The notes: generated by a model not told the origin, from the sequence alone. 64,000 nt of DNA from Heteronotia binoei (GCF_032191835.1 NC_083237.1:24986001-25050000), one strand, 5' to 3'; shown: positions 22,865 to 55,647, numbered from the stretch's first letter. A program made the numbers and translations.

Positions 22865-25049
22865 TCTTCTCTTCCTCCTGGCATGGATGCTGCTTCTCTT
22901 AATTTGCATAAAACAGATTCAGGTGGAAGGGTTCTGTATGCAGGAGGCGGGCCTTTCCTCATGGACTGACAAAGACTGGGGAGTTCTGAAGAAACGGGTG
23001 TCACCTCAGGATATCATGGGCCAAGTCCTCTTCATTATTTTTTTTCTTTTTTCACCAAAAGAATCTCTGTAGAGAACTTCCTGCTCTTGTTGCAGCTGTC
23101 TGTTGCGTAATAGAGAGCATAGCCCCAGGTCTCATTCCCAATCAGGTTGATACAGTGTGAGCTTTTTTTTTTTTTTAAGAGGCTTGGAAGGGCTAACTTA
23201 AGGTAGCAGCTGAGAAATGATTATACCCTCTGTCACTTTTGATCCTCCTATGTTAGACTTCCACTGGGGGAATCTAGAATTTTCCTTTTCTTGAAAACAT
23301 TTCTATATCCTGGAGGATGAGGCCTGTGTCAGAGGAAATAAATTGAACAAGATGACTCTGGAGTGATGTTTAATCCCTTTGCTTGTTCAGTTGGGAGCCT
23401 CCAGCAATTGCTCCTTCACCTACTCCTGCCACTTGCTGCCAAAAGGAATCTTCTGATTGGTGTTGAATATACATCTCCATGTAGAAGTAGCTTTGTTTGC
23501 CCTGCATTTGGAGGGGAGGTGGGAACCCTGCTGGGACTTGGCAGATTATGATGAGTTACTGCATTGAATAAGGACACCAAACTAGTGAAGTAACTTGTAT
23601 AGAGAAATCTGAACAGCACTGAATTGTTCCAGATAGCCCCATATGCATACAGATATACACAGGGTCCCCTCAAATATGCAAGAATGAATAGCTCTTCAGT
23701 AGATCAGAAGTGGTGCGGAAGAATTGGAAGATAACTGAATTGTGGCTCTCCCTGTACAATGCCTAAGCAAGAGACCACATTTTCATAGTGTTTTACCTGG
23801 TATTGTGGATGGGGAGAGAACAGATGCTACAAACTGTGGTTACCTGTTTTTTACAAGGAGGATGTCTGGCCTAAAAAAATTGCTTTCTATTTAGATTTGT
23901 ATAGTCTAAGTTCAGGGACTCCTGGCAAGAAAGCAGCAGCTGAGTTTGTAGAGTGTATTTAAACAGCTGTAACATCAAATTTTATTTGTCTCAATGTGTG
24001 AATTTTTTTAAAAAAGAAAAATAGAAATAGAACTCCATTTGAACCTGTTTGTAATCCAGTTCTTTTGTCCAGGTGGTGGGGGTGGGCACTGGGCAAAACT
24101 AAGGGAATTCTCCAGATTTATCCTGTGATTTGTGTAGTTTTGTGACCTGAAAGCTTATTTGGCACTATAAACATCTTACCCTTTGCCCAGAACTTTACCT
24201 TTCTGAATTGGGACACAGAAATTAAAATGGGAGGGAGGGGGAGTTTTGATTTCTAGCCAGCCGACCAGTATATCTAGAAATAGATATACAATGGCTTTGT
24301 GCAGCTGTTATGTGCTGCTGCTATAGTATAGTTCTATAATTAGTTCCTGGGTGTTTTGGTCATGTTTCCTTCTGTGTCTCTTCCTAAACCACCAATCAAT
24401 ACAAAGTGTTCGGCTGTCCTGAGGCTATGACAGCAGTCCCTTAGAGCCCAGTCTTTGAGAAGATTGGCCATCATGCTTAGAGGTGTAGATTTTCCAAAGG
24501 GTGGTGCAGTGGGACAGGCCAGGGGCATGGAGGCAGGGGAAGATGGTTCATTTTGCCACTTAGGTGGCTCTTGGGTGGTGTTTACTGCCTGTGAAATGTA
24601 TTGCACCATAAGTCAGCAAGTCTTTGTAACTTTATCTCTGGTCTTTTGTCTGCATCCTCATCTATGGCCTACTAGGTTGGGAAAGGGACAACTGGTCCCA
24701 ACAATAAGCAATGGGAAGATTCTTTATTTCTTTGCTCAAATGTGGACAGGTTAGGAAATCTGTGTGTGTTATGTGTGGGTCAAGTTACCTTCGTTTTCGT
24801 CACCTGCGAAGAGTTCTTGCAAGAGAAATGTATTATTGTACAAACAACTGAAAACATCACCTACCTGCTCTCTAGGGGTGCTGGAGGGTTACTCTTCTTG
24901 AGTAAAGGGAAGTTGTTCCAGCCTGTCAGCTATGGACACTGTTGCACAACAGGCCGGGTCATGTTAAATGTATGTGAACTATTTTGATGGTGGCAAATTA
25001 CAAGTTTATAATAATAAGGCTTGATTGGGACAAGCAGCAGTCCGGATTG

Positions 25050-25800
25050 AGAGTACTGCTGTTGGAGGCAGGTCATTTCTTCCCTTTTCATTGGCTGTTG
25101 TCAACGTAAGTAGCAAGTTCCATGGGCCAATTAAATGCCTTAGAAGCTATCGTCTGTTTCCTCCGCCCCCTTCCCTTCCTCCACTACCCCGCCCCAAAGA
25201 CTCCCAGCCAATAAAAGAGAAGGGGTTTTTTTGGGACAATATGGTAATCCAATGGGAAAGCAACATGTGAAAGCTCGCTCGCTTTCTTACAAAGGGGAGG
25301 CCACAGCCGTTTCCGGAGCTGTATCCACGCCCTTTTCAAAGGAGCAACCAATTATTAAAGTCGTTAGGTTGAGTGATGGAAGTGAAATCCAGTAACACTT
25401 GGCTTGCTCAGGAGGCCTTGCGTAGCGAAAAAGCCAATTATCGAAGGGAATTGTTTGATGGGCACGTCTAATGTCCATTCGCTGATCCACTTTGTCACAA
25501 AGCCCACCCCATCAGCTTGTTTTTCGCGGACTTGGAGGCGTGGTTCTTCTGAATACATCCGCACCTACTTAGCCAATCAATACACGGAGAGGCTTTGACG
25601 GACATCTCCCTTGGACAAATAGGCCTTATCCATCCCTATAAGTGACAGCTGCGGCCGCGCAGCGTCGTCCCGCCCCTGTTTCCCTCCTCCGTCCCCCTTC
25701 ACCAGCATCCAATCGTAACCGAAGTTGTGTTGAGCGGCGGGTGGCTAAACCCATAATTTCTGGGGAGAGGCGGGACTATAGGAACGAGAGGGGGGGAGGG
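25050..25800 (+). promoter_or_regulatory. CNOT3 promoter (CpG-rich, multiple CCAAT boxes)
   Basis: CCAAT/ATTGG at ~25090, 25208, 25348, 25434, 25573 and 25709. YY1-type GCCGCCATCTT lies just downstream at 25802-25812. Confidence 0.7.
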
Positions 25801-25901
25801 TGCCGCCATCTTGGATGCCGCGGAGCCCGAAAGAGGGGGGGAGAGGGAAAGAGAGAGAGGGAAAGAGAGAGAGAGAGAGACCCGGACACCCGGAGCCGCC
25901 G
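25775..25901 (+). other. CNOT3: Probable non-coding exon 1 of CNOT3 containing a GA-rich microsatellite
   Basis: Strong donor CCG|GTGAGA at 25901/25902 within the CpG island, with no other gene before CNOT3. The 5' boundary is uncertain. Confidence 0.65.
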
Positions 25902-28576
25902 GTGAGAGAGCGAGAAGGGGCGGGGCAAAGCCCTAGGGGCGGGGCCTAGGCGTACCTGCGGGAACTCCGTAGGGAGTGTGGCCAAAGGGGGTCTATAGGG
26001 GTTCTGTGGGGTGGGGGCTCTGTAGGGGAGGAGGTTTCTATAGGCGCCAGTGGGGGGATCTGTAGGCCAAAAGAGGCTATATAAGGATCTGGATGTTTCG
26101 TGGTGCAATTATGTGAACTAGCTATAAAAGGAGACGTGAGAACGCGACCCCATAGGAGGAACCGGCATCTATAGGGTGAGGTGGGAGTGGGACCATATGT
26201 ATACGGAGGACGGCGGGAACCGGGGGCGGGGAGGATAGTGGTAGAAGGGAACCCTTGACGTTATATAGGGCCACGAGTGGAGGGGGGGGGGCTGTCAATG
26301 CTGAGATTCTGTAAGAAATGTGGACATGTACTTTTCTCATCTCATAGCTTAGGGGCTATCAGGGGCCTGCGAGCCTCTGTGCTAAACGACTATACGGAAG
26401 TTAACAGTCTGCAAAGAACTTCTCATGTGAAAGCCACCATCTTTCCTATGGGGCATGCAAGACTTGGTTGTGGGTGCATGCTGGGAGTTCTATAGGAACT
26501 CTGTGCCAGAGGGTTTCCAGTAGACTGTTGCAAGTGGGACGTCCTCTCTTAACTAGGATCGACAAGCTGCTTCAGGGTGACACCAGTCTGTAGTACTGAA
26601 GGACTCTCTGTGGCTCTCTCTGCAAGTTATCTAAATAACACACAGTAAAACACACTTACTGCTTATTTCCCCTTCTTGATTCTGCTTTTGCTAGTCAGGG
26701 CTATGGACAGAGACCTGGCAGTAGACACCCTTTCTCTGTTTACAAGAAATCTTCTGGGCTTTTGCAATTTCAGCAGACATTGCCCCCACACACACATTTT
26801 ACAACCGGTATTTGCAGTCCTAACAGATAGACACTTGCTCTTTTCCCCACCTCAGAACTGAAAGCTGAGATTGTCAGGATGCTGAATTTTGTACTCATTA
26901 CCAATGTCTTCATCGAATACACACAGTGACAGGATTCTGTATGATCTTTATTTCAATCATCTCAGCAGCACGGTACAGTTAGAACAGGGCCAGAACAGTC
27001 TCAGCAGTATGGTAATCCAGCTGCTTAAAAATGCCGGTGCCTGAACATCTTTTCCAGAGTGTGATGTAAAAACCGGGGCTCATAGGATAATAGGAGAATC
27101 TGAAATAAAAGTGCCAGCCTTGCAAGGTGGGTCATATCAATAATGCCTAGGTGATGGTAGACATGGTCAGCCCCAGTGTGATGCCTCTCAGTTCAGGACT
27201 CTGCAGCAAGTTTAAGTCTTGTAGAGTAGAGTGCTTCACGTTTTGGTTCCAGGTTCCCTCACTACCACTTCAGTGGATTTCAGGCAGTGGGCCTATGGAT
27301 GACCTCTGTGAGAGTCGTTGCAGGCTAGAATAGCCTGGTATGGATGGATGAAAAGAAATCTGGCTCTGTAGAAGGCAGCTTTTGTAAATTCTGTTATTGC
27401 CATTTTTCAGAAAGGGTATAGAGGCCAACAGAGAGATTCTCTGTGACCCTGCATTGAGGCAGCTACTCAAATGCAGTTTGAATTCCCAAGTTTCCTGGGA
27501 CAATATTACAATATTCTAATGATGAGGCAGTCCCTAGAATACATGACACTTGAAAGCAGAACGTTACCAAAAGATAAAATCAAGAGATATGTTAATCTTA
27601 GGTGGTGTGGTGACCACATTCCCTTTTATGTTGTTGTTTCTTGTTTCTTTTTGTTTTTGAAGTATAAAATCCAGATATTTTTCATCAGAGCAGCACTACT
27701 GCTGCCACAAAATTGCTTTTCCTCAACACTTGACACTGTAGTGTGCAGTTGCTGAGGAAACGTGATTTTCCTATAATGAGTACCAGGTCAATTGCTATTG
27801 TGACTGCATTGTGGAAGCTCGTTGTTTATGTGCCATGGGGCCAACCTATGGGACAGTATCCATGCCATCATTTGAGATGAAAAATGTAAATTCCTCCCTT
27901 CCGTGCTATTGTGTTAGAGGCCTATTTAGCTATAGAATTTTTTTTAAAACCCAATTTTTAAAGCCTGTGCAGCTTCTTGGTGTATCGCCAATGTATAGCA
28001 GCTCCCACTGAAACCAAACATAAAAGAAGCTAATATAGGCAAGACCGTTCCTTTCTGTACAGAAAAGCATCCTGTCCCCCATAGCTTACCTCACTTTTCC
28101 TATTTTTGTAGGTGTTTTTGGTTTGCTGCTGTCAGTGTCCTTGCCCCCAAATATTGAGAGCAGGAACTCTTTTAATTTAATCTTTTTGATATCATTTGTT
28201 TGATATTTATCAGATGTCACCTGCAGTTGAGAGAAGATGTCTGGCCAGGCTGTTGCCTCAAGCTAAGTTGTCCCCACCAAAGGGTCACACAACAGTGGGG
28301 CTCCAGTGCTGGTAGGCTGGTCGCACGCTGAAATGTGTCAGGCTAACCAGGGCCCAGCAAATAGGAGAGAACAGCAGTACCCCAGCCTGTGGGTCCTGAT
28401 CCAAGAATGGGTCATGACGCATGTGAATGTTGTCCTGGGCTTTTGCAGGTTCACAGATTCGTTCCTGTGCTGTTTTTGTTCTTGTCCTTTTTTAACATAG
28501 AACCACGGGGCTTAGAGCACTATGTGGGGCAGGGAAGAGGAGCAAGAGTTGATTTCCTCATCCCTGTTGTTATTTA

Positions 28577-28781
28577 GCCCTAACCTGAGTAGGCCAGGCT
28601 AGCCTGATCTCATCAGATCTCAGAAAGTAAGCAGGGTTGGCTCTGGTTAGTACTGGGATGGGAGACCTTCAAGGAATACCAGGGTTGTGATGCAGAGGCA
28701 GGCAATGGGAAACCACCTCTGTTAGTCTCTTGCCCTGAAAACCCTATGGGGTTGTCTTAAGTCTGCTGCAACCTGATGGCA
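28577..28781 (+). mobile_element. 5S rRNA-derived SINE (5S-Sauria-like)
   Basis: GCCTGATCTCATCAGATCTCAGAAAGTAAGCAGGGTTGGCTCTGGTTAGTACTGGGATGGGAGACC resembles vertebrate 5S including the internal promoter region. It is followed by a GGCAATGGGAAACCAC tail shared with Sauria SINEs. Confidence 0.8.
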
Positions 28782-29563
28782 AGAACAAACAAAAAAAATA
28801 TTAAAAATTATTGTCAGAATTTGCACATGGCAGCTTGCGGCTGGATACCTTAAAATCAGTACTGTGTTTCCTGGTAGACTTCTTGCAGCTCCTCTATAGC
28901 AAGTCCCCATTCCATGTGTATCCCATGTTGTGGGGACTCCAGAGTGCTATGAGGGAGAATTGTGCAAAAGAATCACCAGTAGTTTGCTTTGCAAGGATTA
29001 AGTGGATGAGCTGTGGGATGACTGGTTAGAGCTGTAAATTATCTCATAATTGTGAGTCTGTTAATTGTCAGCAGAATGTTATTGAAGCCACCATAAACAA
29101 CTCCACTCCTGGGCCATGTTTTCAAGACAACCCACAGCAGCCACAGGGCACTGGGGCTGTTCTTGAAGGGTGCCGGACTGGAAGCAAGTCTCATCAAATG
29201 AAACTGGACATGCTTCTGGGTAAACAAGCATTGGATTGTCTGCTCTACAGATGCCTCTCTTCCCCTAGCAGTCTGGTGACATCCCCTCTAGCAAACCCCC
29301 CAAATAATTCCAGATATTCGTTTTGCAGCAAGATTGGTGGCTGGGAGCCTCTAGATCTGTTTTTAGGTAACCAGAGAACGGGAATAGAGAGAATATTCTC
29401 TCTCCAAACTTGGCTCATCCTATGAAATCGTGGCTCAGGACAGTCAAAACAAAATGTTTCTAGTTACATTGCATTGTTAGCCTGTAGAATTTTTATTGCC
29501 ACAAAATATAGGGGTGGAAACAATGTGAGAAGAGACTTTAAAAATCAAACTAAGTTTTGGAAG

Positions 29564-29798
29564 ACAAATCCAGGTGGGCAGCCATGTCGGTCTGAAGCAA
29601 TAGAACAAAGTTGGAGTCTGTTGGCACCTTTCAGACCAACAAAATTTTGGGAATGTTAAGCTTTCATGTGCTGAAAGCGCACTTCATTGGACAAAAGTAT
29701 GGGATGGAATTAGCAGTCCTACATATATAGAATTAGCGAATTAGTATGCAAAATCTTGAAAATGTTTTTAGCAGGTGCTGCTGGACTCCAACTTTGTT
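29564..29798 (-). mobile_element. Penelope-like remnant with inverted termini
   Basis: 14-bp TSD CTAAGTTTTGGAAG (29550-29563, 29799-29812). Same terminus as 12098-12459 in the opposite orientation. Confidence 0.7.
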
Positions 29799-30877
29799 CT
29801 AAGTTTTGGAAGGTAATCTTATCATTCACATCTATTACTTCTTCATAGCAACTATTTGTTTTAATATTTGGACCTGAGGAGCAATGGTTTGTGCTAACTT
29901 CTTGGCATCATGATTTGTTCTTTTTTTCCTGAGAATTTAGCCAAGATTTGACTTCTGCTTGGAGTATTTGGTTTTTCCATTCATTCTTTTAAAAAAAGTT
30001 CTTTGTGCTGGATCAGGTCCAGCCATTCTTGCACACACACTCCTTAATCAGTGGTTGAATGCTGTGCAAAAATAGGTTTCTTCCCTTGCTCTGCCTGGAT
30101 TCCTCTCTGTGATTGTAGACAGTCATACTTCTCAAGGTGTTCTTTCCACTATTTACCAAGACACACTGCCGTTCAGGCTGCGCATACTAAGTCTTTTCTC
30201 TCTTCCAAAACAATGAAGGAAAAGATGAAATTTTGCATCAAAATGCCAGGAGCTGGGCTTGGAAGAAGGGTGGGGGGGAGAAAGAAATGATACGTTTAAA
30301 ATCAATTTTTAATTCATGGGGTTGGATCTCACAGACAGAATGGGAGTCAGTTTTCACAGCTTCTCCCCTCTTGCTGCAAACCTCTGACCCCTCCATGCTG
30401 TTCCCGGGGGTCCCTCATCCTTGAGGAGTAGCATGGGTGGGGACATTTTGGGCTGCATTGGGAGGGGGGAGGCAAAAGAAGTCATGCTCTGCTAACTGAA
30501 ACATAATCTCGATCCAAGCCACAAGTTAAACTGTAAATGCTGTACAAACCTATACCACCGACCTCTGATAACTGAACCTGTGGCCCATTTTGATGGAGCA
30601 CATTTCATGCCAGCCACTGTTGGGCCAATCCCTTGTTTCTTCTTTTAAGATTCTGGTTTTGGACATCTGCACCAAGGCTCAACAGTTCAGATAATTGACC
30701 AAGCCTAACTTGCTCACCTGTGTAGTAGAAGCTACAATGTAGTTGCAAACGGAGATGTTTTAATTGCTATAGCAACCATTTAGTATGCTGGCTTCTTCCA
30801 GTAGCAGAAAGTTAGTGACCAGATTTAAATCAGCCCTTGTGGTTGGTGATTTTTATCAGTCCCTCCCTGGCCATGTA

Positions 30878-31130
30878 CAGAGCCCCGTGGCACAGAGTGT
30901 TAAAGCTGCAGTACTGCAGACCTAAGTTCGATCCCAGTGGAAACTGATTTCAGGTAGCCGGCTCAGGTTTTCCATCCTTCCGAGGTCAGTAAAATGAGTA
31001 CCCAGCTTTGCTGAGGGGAAAGTGTAAATGACTGGGGAAGGCAATGGCAAACCACCCCATAAAAAGTCTGTGAAAGCAAAGTCACCCCAGAGTCGGAAAC
31101 GACTGGTGCTTGCACAGGGGACCTTTCCTT
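30878..31130 (+). mobile_element. Sauria-type SINE with a 17-bp TSD
   Basis: TSD CC(C/T)TCCCTGGCCATGTA at 30861-30877 and 31131-31147. Confidence 0.85.
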
Positions 31131-32344
31131 CCTTCCCTGGCCATGTATAAGGCAGGCCCAGTTTGCAGAGAAGCCTATCAGTGTCTACCAAGTTATCCTG
31201 TGACTTCCCAAAAGCATGCCAGAGACTTCTTTAAAGAGAAGTGGCAGACTTGCATCTCAGAAAAGTGGGAATGTGTTGGGTGTTCTTGACAAAACAGGAC
31301 AATAGCAGAGCCTTACCAGGCCCAGCCACACTACATATTAACCTATTAGGTGCTCAAAAACATATTCTGGGATTCTTTGCAACAAGCAAAGTGTCAAACT
31401 GATCTAGAAGAGGTTCTGGATAATAGAAATTTTGAAAATCAGTAGGCTGGTATTTTGAACAGATGGTGGTAAAACAGTAGTTCTGCTATAGTCAGAGAAT
31501 CAAAACTTGCCAAATAAGTTCACCCAAAGACTCACAACAAAGCCCTTGGAAGGGATCTGTTCGTTTACAGTTGTCTTGCAAAAAGCTCAGGAATTCTGCT
31601 ATCCAAGCCATAGAGACTGGGGGAGCGATCCATGTTCCCATTTGCTTAGCAATGAGGAAAAGGCCTCACTAAGAGTTGGTGTTGATAGTTGGGAGTGGGG
31701 GGGTTGTGCCTGATGATGCTTTAGTCTAGCCTGGGTCGGGACCAGAAGAAAGTGGGCCAGGCCTGCTCCTGTGCTGTAAAACAAGGAACTTGATGTGCAG
31801 AAGTCAGGACTGTTTTTAGCTGCTTCATGTCTACAGGCAAAAAGTCCCTGTTAAAGACATTGTAGCTGGGTTTTTTGTTTTGTTTTTTACAGTACTGAAG
31901 TCTAGCTCTCTTTCTCTGGGCAGCTCTTTTCCTGTCCACCTTCCTCCCTAGCTTCCTGCAGAATAACAGAGTTTTAATTTTGCTCCATAGCAGATGGAGA
32001 ATGAATAGGGTATATTTAAAAGGTGTGAGCACTGATTTCAGGCGAGACAGTTGTCTGCTTACTGGAGAGGAACTCTTTGATCTTAGTGGAATTTACTTGT
32101 GACTAACTGACGTTGGATCGGGCTGCGTGTGTTTCAAAGGCAGCTCTAGGCCCAAGTCTCTTGCTTGTTAAAATGGGCATCAGGAGTTTGTATCCAGGTC
32201 CACAGTTGCCTTTTTGGGCCTTTCTTTCTCGTATGTGTGTGTGTGTACCTAGAAGTCATGGTGACCTCAAGTGACTGACCCCTACTAGAGGCCTGGAGGA
32301 TATTCAGAAAAGTGGCTGCATAAAGCCTGCCCCTGTTCTCCTGA

Positions 32345-32453
32345 CTGCTGGTATTCTAAGAAGGTCTCCCATCCAAGTACTTGCCAGAGTCGACCCTGCT
32401 CAGCTTCTGAGATCTGACAAGATCGGGTTTGCTTGGGCTATCCGGGTCAGGGC
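32345..32453 (-). mobile_element. 5S rRNA-derived SINE head
   Basis: The reverse complement contains CCCGATCTTGTCAGATCTCAGAAGCTGAGCAGGGTCGA...GTACTTGGATGGGAGACC. Confidence 0.75.
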
Positions 32454-35264
32454 GTCTTTGGGGTCCTTTCTGAAGAGAGGGTTATTTGTACTGAAGAGGG
32501 CCAGCTTGGAGGTGTGGACCCCTGACTACCTTGGGAGGGACAAATGGCTGCATAGGGTCTTATCAATGGAGAACAGATACATTGGACCACCAAGCCCCAC
32601 CCCACCCCCAGCCCGCCTCTCAAAGGAAGGCACAAAACAGGCAAGTAGAAAAGGATCAGGGGCCCAGCAGGAGGTGGAATCTTTGGGAAGAGAAGCGAGT
32701 TCTAGCAATTTGGGTTGCACTGACAGCAGAATTCAGTCCCAAGGCAGTACAATGGACTGGGCTGCATCAGACGAACAAGGAATGCATTTTTAAATGTATG
32801 TCTATATAAAACAACTCTCCCTCCCCCATTCCCTGAAGGTAGAAAACCAGCAAAGCAAAGAACAGGCTGAAGTAGAACTTTTCCCCATGGAAATAATTTT
32901 CTGTTTTTACAAAAGTAGGCAAATTTTTGTTTTTAAAAAAAAAAACCTTGGAGGAATATCCCTAAATTATATCACACACACCACCTGCTGCTCTAATGAC
33001 ACTTATAGGGGGTCCCTCAAGAGGAGGAGCCAGATACTCAGTGCTCCAGCTCTTGTCATTTATGCAGAGGGTCCAGCTCTCAAACATTACCTCTCTCATG
33101 AGGTCTCTCTGAGACAGCAGGGTTGGTGGTGATCTCGACAGTGCCGGGTTAGACGGCCAGTGATCTTCATGCAGTAGAATGCAGCTTGAGATGTTCACAG
33201 CTCGGTCCCATCTTCTGCCTCATATTGCTTCCTGGTAGGAAAAAAAAATGCACACCAAAATTTAGTTCTATTTCTGCTCAAATCCACAAGACTTCTGAGT
33301 TTTCAAAGAAGGGAACAGAAGCTGGGGGGAGAGCCGAGAAGATTGCAGAACTCTGGGCCACTAGGCTGAGCTAGTAGACATTTACGCTGGCTCATCTTCC
33401 CGGGAATAGCAGTGTAAATAGTTTGTGGTGTCTCCCCAGCCTGATCAAAAAAACTTTTTTTCCATCCAGTTTGCAAGCATGCTCACCTGGATATGATTTT
33501 TTAAAAAAATCATCTCCCAAAAGTTAATGGGCAAAGGCTAGAGATTGGTCAGGCTGCCACCTTTTTTTAAATAGAAAAACTCCTGTACCTTTAACAGCTG
33601 CAGACAAGAAAACAAGTAATTGAGACAGGCTCTTGATATGAATGTAACAATGAAGAAAGCTTTACCTGTTGGATTTCTGCTTAAGATGAGACTGTTAAAG
33701 GGGGAGATGTGGCCAGACCAGCAGTCACATTGGGAAGCCAGAGGTTATGTTACCTTGATACCCGCTCTTCAGCATCAGTTGCTCTGGGCTGCAGCTTTGG
33801 GTACCAGGGTACTTCCACAGCTGGTTCTCTGGGTGCCTAGCATGCCTTCTGCTATGACTGGCTGCTGGGTGGGGGAGAAGGAAGGTGAGGCTCTTCCTCT
33901 TGCTAGTCATGTGTTTTCCTCACCTGCACAGGAACCTGGCTGGAGAGAAGCAGAGAGCAAGCACCCAGGGGCCACTAGGTAAGTTGCAGGCCTTACATTG
34001 CTTTCTTTGGAAGGCTCTGGGCTCCGCCGCTTAAAGCAACACAGCTAAATAACAGAGTCTGGAAAGACAGACACCCCTTTCCCCACCCTGAAGCTTCCCT
34101 CCTCCCTATCCAGGTTGCAAATACACCTGGGAGAGGCTTCCCAATGAAGGTGCAAGGAAGACTCTTTGCGTTTCAACTTTGGCAACTAGTTTTTACTCCA
34201 CACCCCCAATGAATCAGCAAAATACACCCACCAAGACTTACCCCCAAGCTGTTTTGAGTTGTGAACGGTCCCAGTTTGGCCCATGCAAACTAATCACAGC
34301 AACAGGCAGGCCAAATTTAAATGGGAGTTCAGGCTTGCTCAGCCACCAGAGAAGGAGCCGGGGAGCCATTGCTTAGGGGCACCAGCCCCAGTTGAGCCCA
34401 CTCCCTGAGTCATTGGGAAGGGAAGCGCTGATTGGGCAGAGTCAACAAATCAGTTTTCCTCCTCCTTTTTGGTATTAAAGTAGAGGCCCTCCCCCACTTG
34501 CAAGGCCTGGGGCAAGGGATGGTGCCATAGAACACGACTTAAGTGCCCTGTAACAAGTTTACTGCCTCAAAGGGATCCTAGAGGTGATGGCAGGTGAGTG
34601 GGCATAACCCCTCCACTAAAGCCACCCCAAGCTAGGATAACCACTTTTTAACTCAAATATAGCTGCTGGAATTGCCTATCCTGGCATATACAATAAAGGG
34701 TTACCTTTACCTGCTGAACTTCTGCCTGTTGCACAGTTGAGTGGAGTCCTGCCAGAAACAAACGCTGCCATCTTTAAATTGTGACTGTCCTAGCTTCTGT
34801 GTGGCTGAGACCCCGTGTATTGTGGCAGTTAGAATGCTGGGCCAAGGAGTCCTGGATTCAAATCCCCGCTCAGCCATTGGAGCTCGGGGGCTGGTTTTGT
34901 GGGATAGAAATTGCGGTAGGCTGGAGTACCTACTCAAAGCATCCCCATCCCCAGTCCTTCTGGATGCCACCTCTTCCTGTACATGAACAGACGGCCAGTG
35001 TTATCATCATGTGTGCAACAGGCAGAATTCCACCAGGGATGTTGCTTCCGGCACACCAGTGTGGAGGTAGAGGAAGTCTTGCTCACAGTTGCTCATGGCA
35101 GCAAGCCTCACTCTGCACGTTTGGTTTTTTGAAATGCCCCTCCTGCTGCCTCACCCCTGTGTTCCTTGCTTCCCTCCCACTGGGGGGCGCCTTTTCACCT
35201 GACCTCACTTCCTAACCTGTATCTCTTGCTTGCTCTCCTTGAAAGAATCAACGCTCTATAAAGT

Positions 35265-35285
35265 ATGAAGAGAGCCCCTCTATAG
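35265..35285 (+). other. Short upstream ORF (MKRAPL*) in the CNOT3 leader exon
   Basis: ATG AAG AGA GCC CCT CTA TAG, followed by an in-frame TGA. It ends 10 nt before the main ATG at 35296. Confidence 0.7.
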
Positions 35286-35295
35286 TGAAGGAAAC

Positions 35296-54482
<19,187 letters not shown>

Positions 54483-55647
54483 TGCCCTGGGGCCAGCAGG
54501 GGGTGCCAAGCCTTCCTTCCTGAAATAACTGCAGTGCGCAAGGAGCAGCGGCCAAGGGAGAGAGACCAACCAGTCCCCCATCTCACCCCACTTCCCCCCA
54601 CCCCCATCCCAGAACACAACCTGGGGGGCATGGGGGTGAGCCGCACGTTAAAAAAAAATTGCATGCACGTTTTAAAGTGACCGCGGGACGGAGGAGGGGC
54701 GGCGGCAGTGGCAGGATTCTCTTCTGCCTTTCCCTTATTCTCTTCAGCCTACAATGCATACGAAGAGGTCAGAAAAATTGGGGGAGGGGGATGGTTTTCC
54801 CCTGCGTGCACCAGCTTGGGCTGAGAGAATGGAGATTAAAAAAAACACAATTCCTCCCCAATCTCCATTTTTTTTTCTCCTGGGGTGCATGTCCCAAATT
54901 AGATCATTTATGCCCTTTTCTATTGCAGCAAATATGAAATAGACCCCTCCCCACCACCTCTCTGTGCCAATTTGATCCCATATGTGCATGATATGGAGGG
55001 TGCAGGGCCCTGTGAAGGGTAACTTAAAAGTTGGAAGTGTTGGGAGCCGTGTAGGAAAGCTCCCTTCCAGCCATGCCAACTTGTCGCTGCTGAAAATTGG
55101 AAAGAGGTAAAAGGATAAAACGGCACTCAGCACCACGAGTTCTTAAGGACTGGCACCTTCTGTGAACAACTTTGCTTCCTTAAGTAGTGATGGAGGAGCG
55201 GGGACATATTGTCCCTCTGCCCTCATCCTACCTTGGTGTGGAAGAACTCTGTACATTTCTGGGTTTGAGGAATCCTCTAAATTCATTTCCTTCACTGCCG
55301 CTCTGTCTTAAGGAGTCCCCCAGTGCTGCTTGTCTACTCCCCCCAGTATTCCCAACTTTGTTACCCCCCCCCCCCAAAAAAAACTGGTTATCTGAGCTCA
55401 TGATGTCATCCACTACTTCTCCTAAAGAGGCACCCTCCCTCCTTGATTACTTGCAATTTATTCCTGATTGGAGGGGGAAAGACTGGGGGGGGGGGGAGAG
55501 AGAAGGGAAGGAAGAGCAGGGGGAGGGGGAAGACAGCTGCGTTCACTCCCATCTCTCATCCACCCCCCCTGAACTGGAGCACCCCGCCCATGCCGCTGTT
55601 TAAGATATTTTTTCGTAAGCCTATTTTCGTTTTGGAAAATATTTATG

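Noticed and set aside
28577-28700. 5S rRNA gene
   Set aside because: The 5' end is divergent, there are many substitutions, there is no terminator, and it is fused to a SINE tail.
26500-35200. Hidden gene or snoRNA in the 9.3-kb CNOT3 intron 1
   Set aside because: I found only short ORFs and repeats, with no paired C/D or H/ACA boxes carrying terminal stems. A covariance-model scan would be needed to exclude small RNAs.
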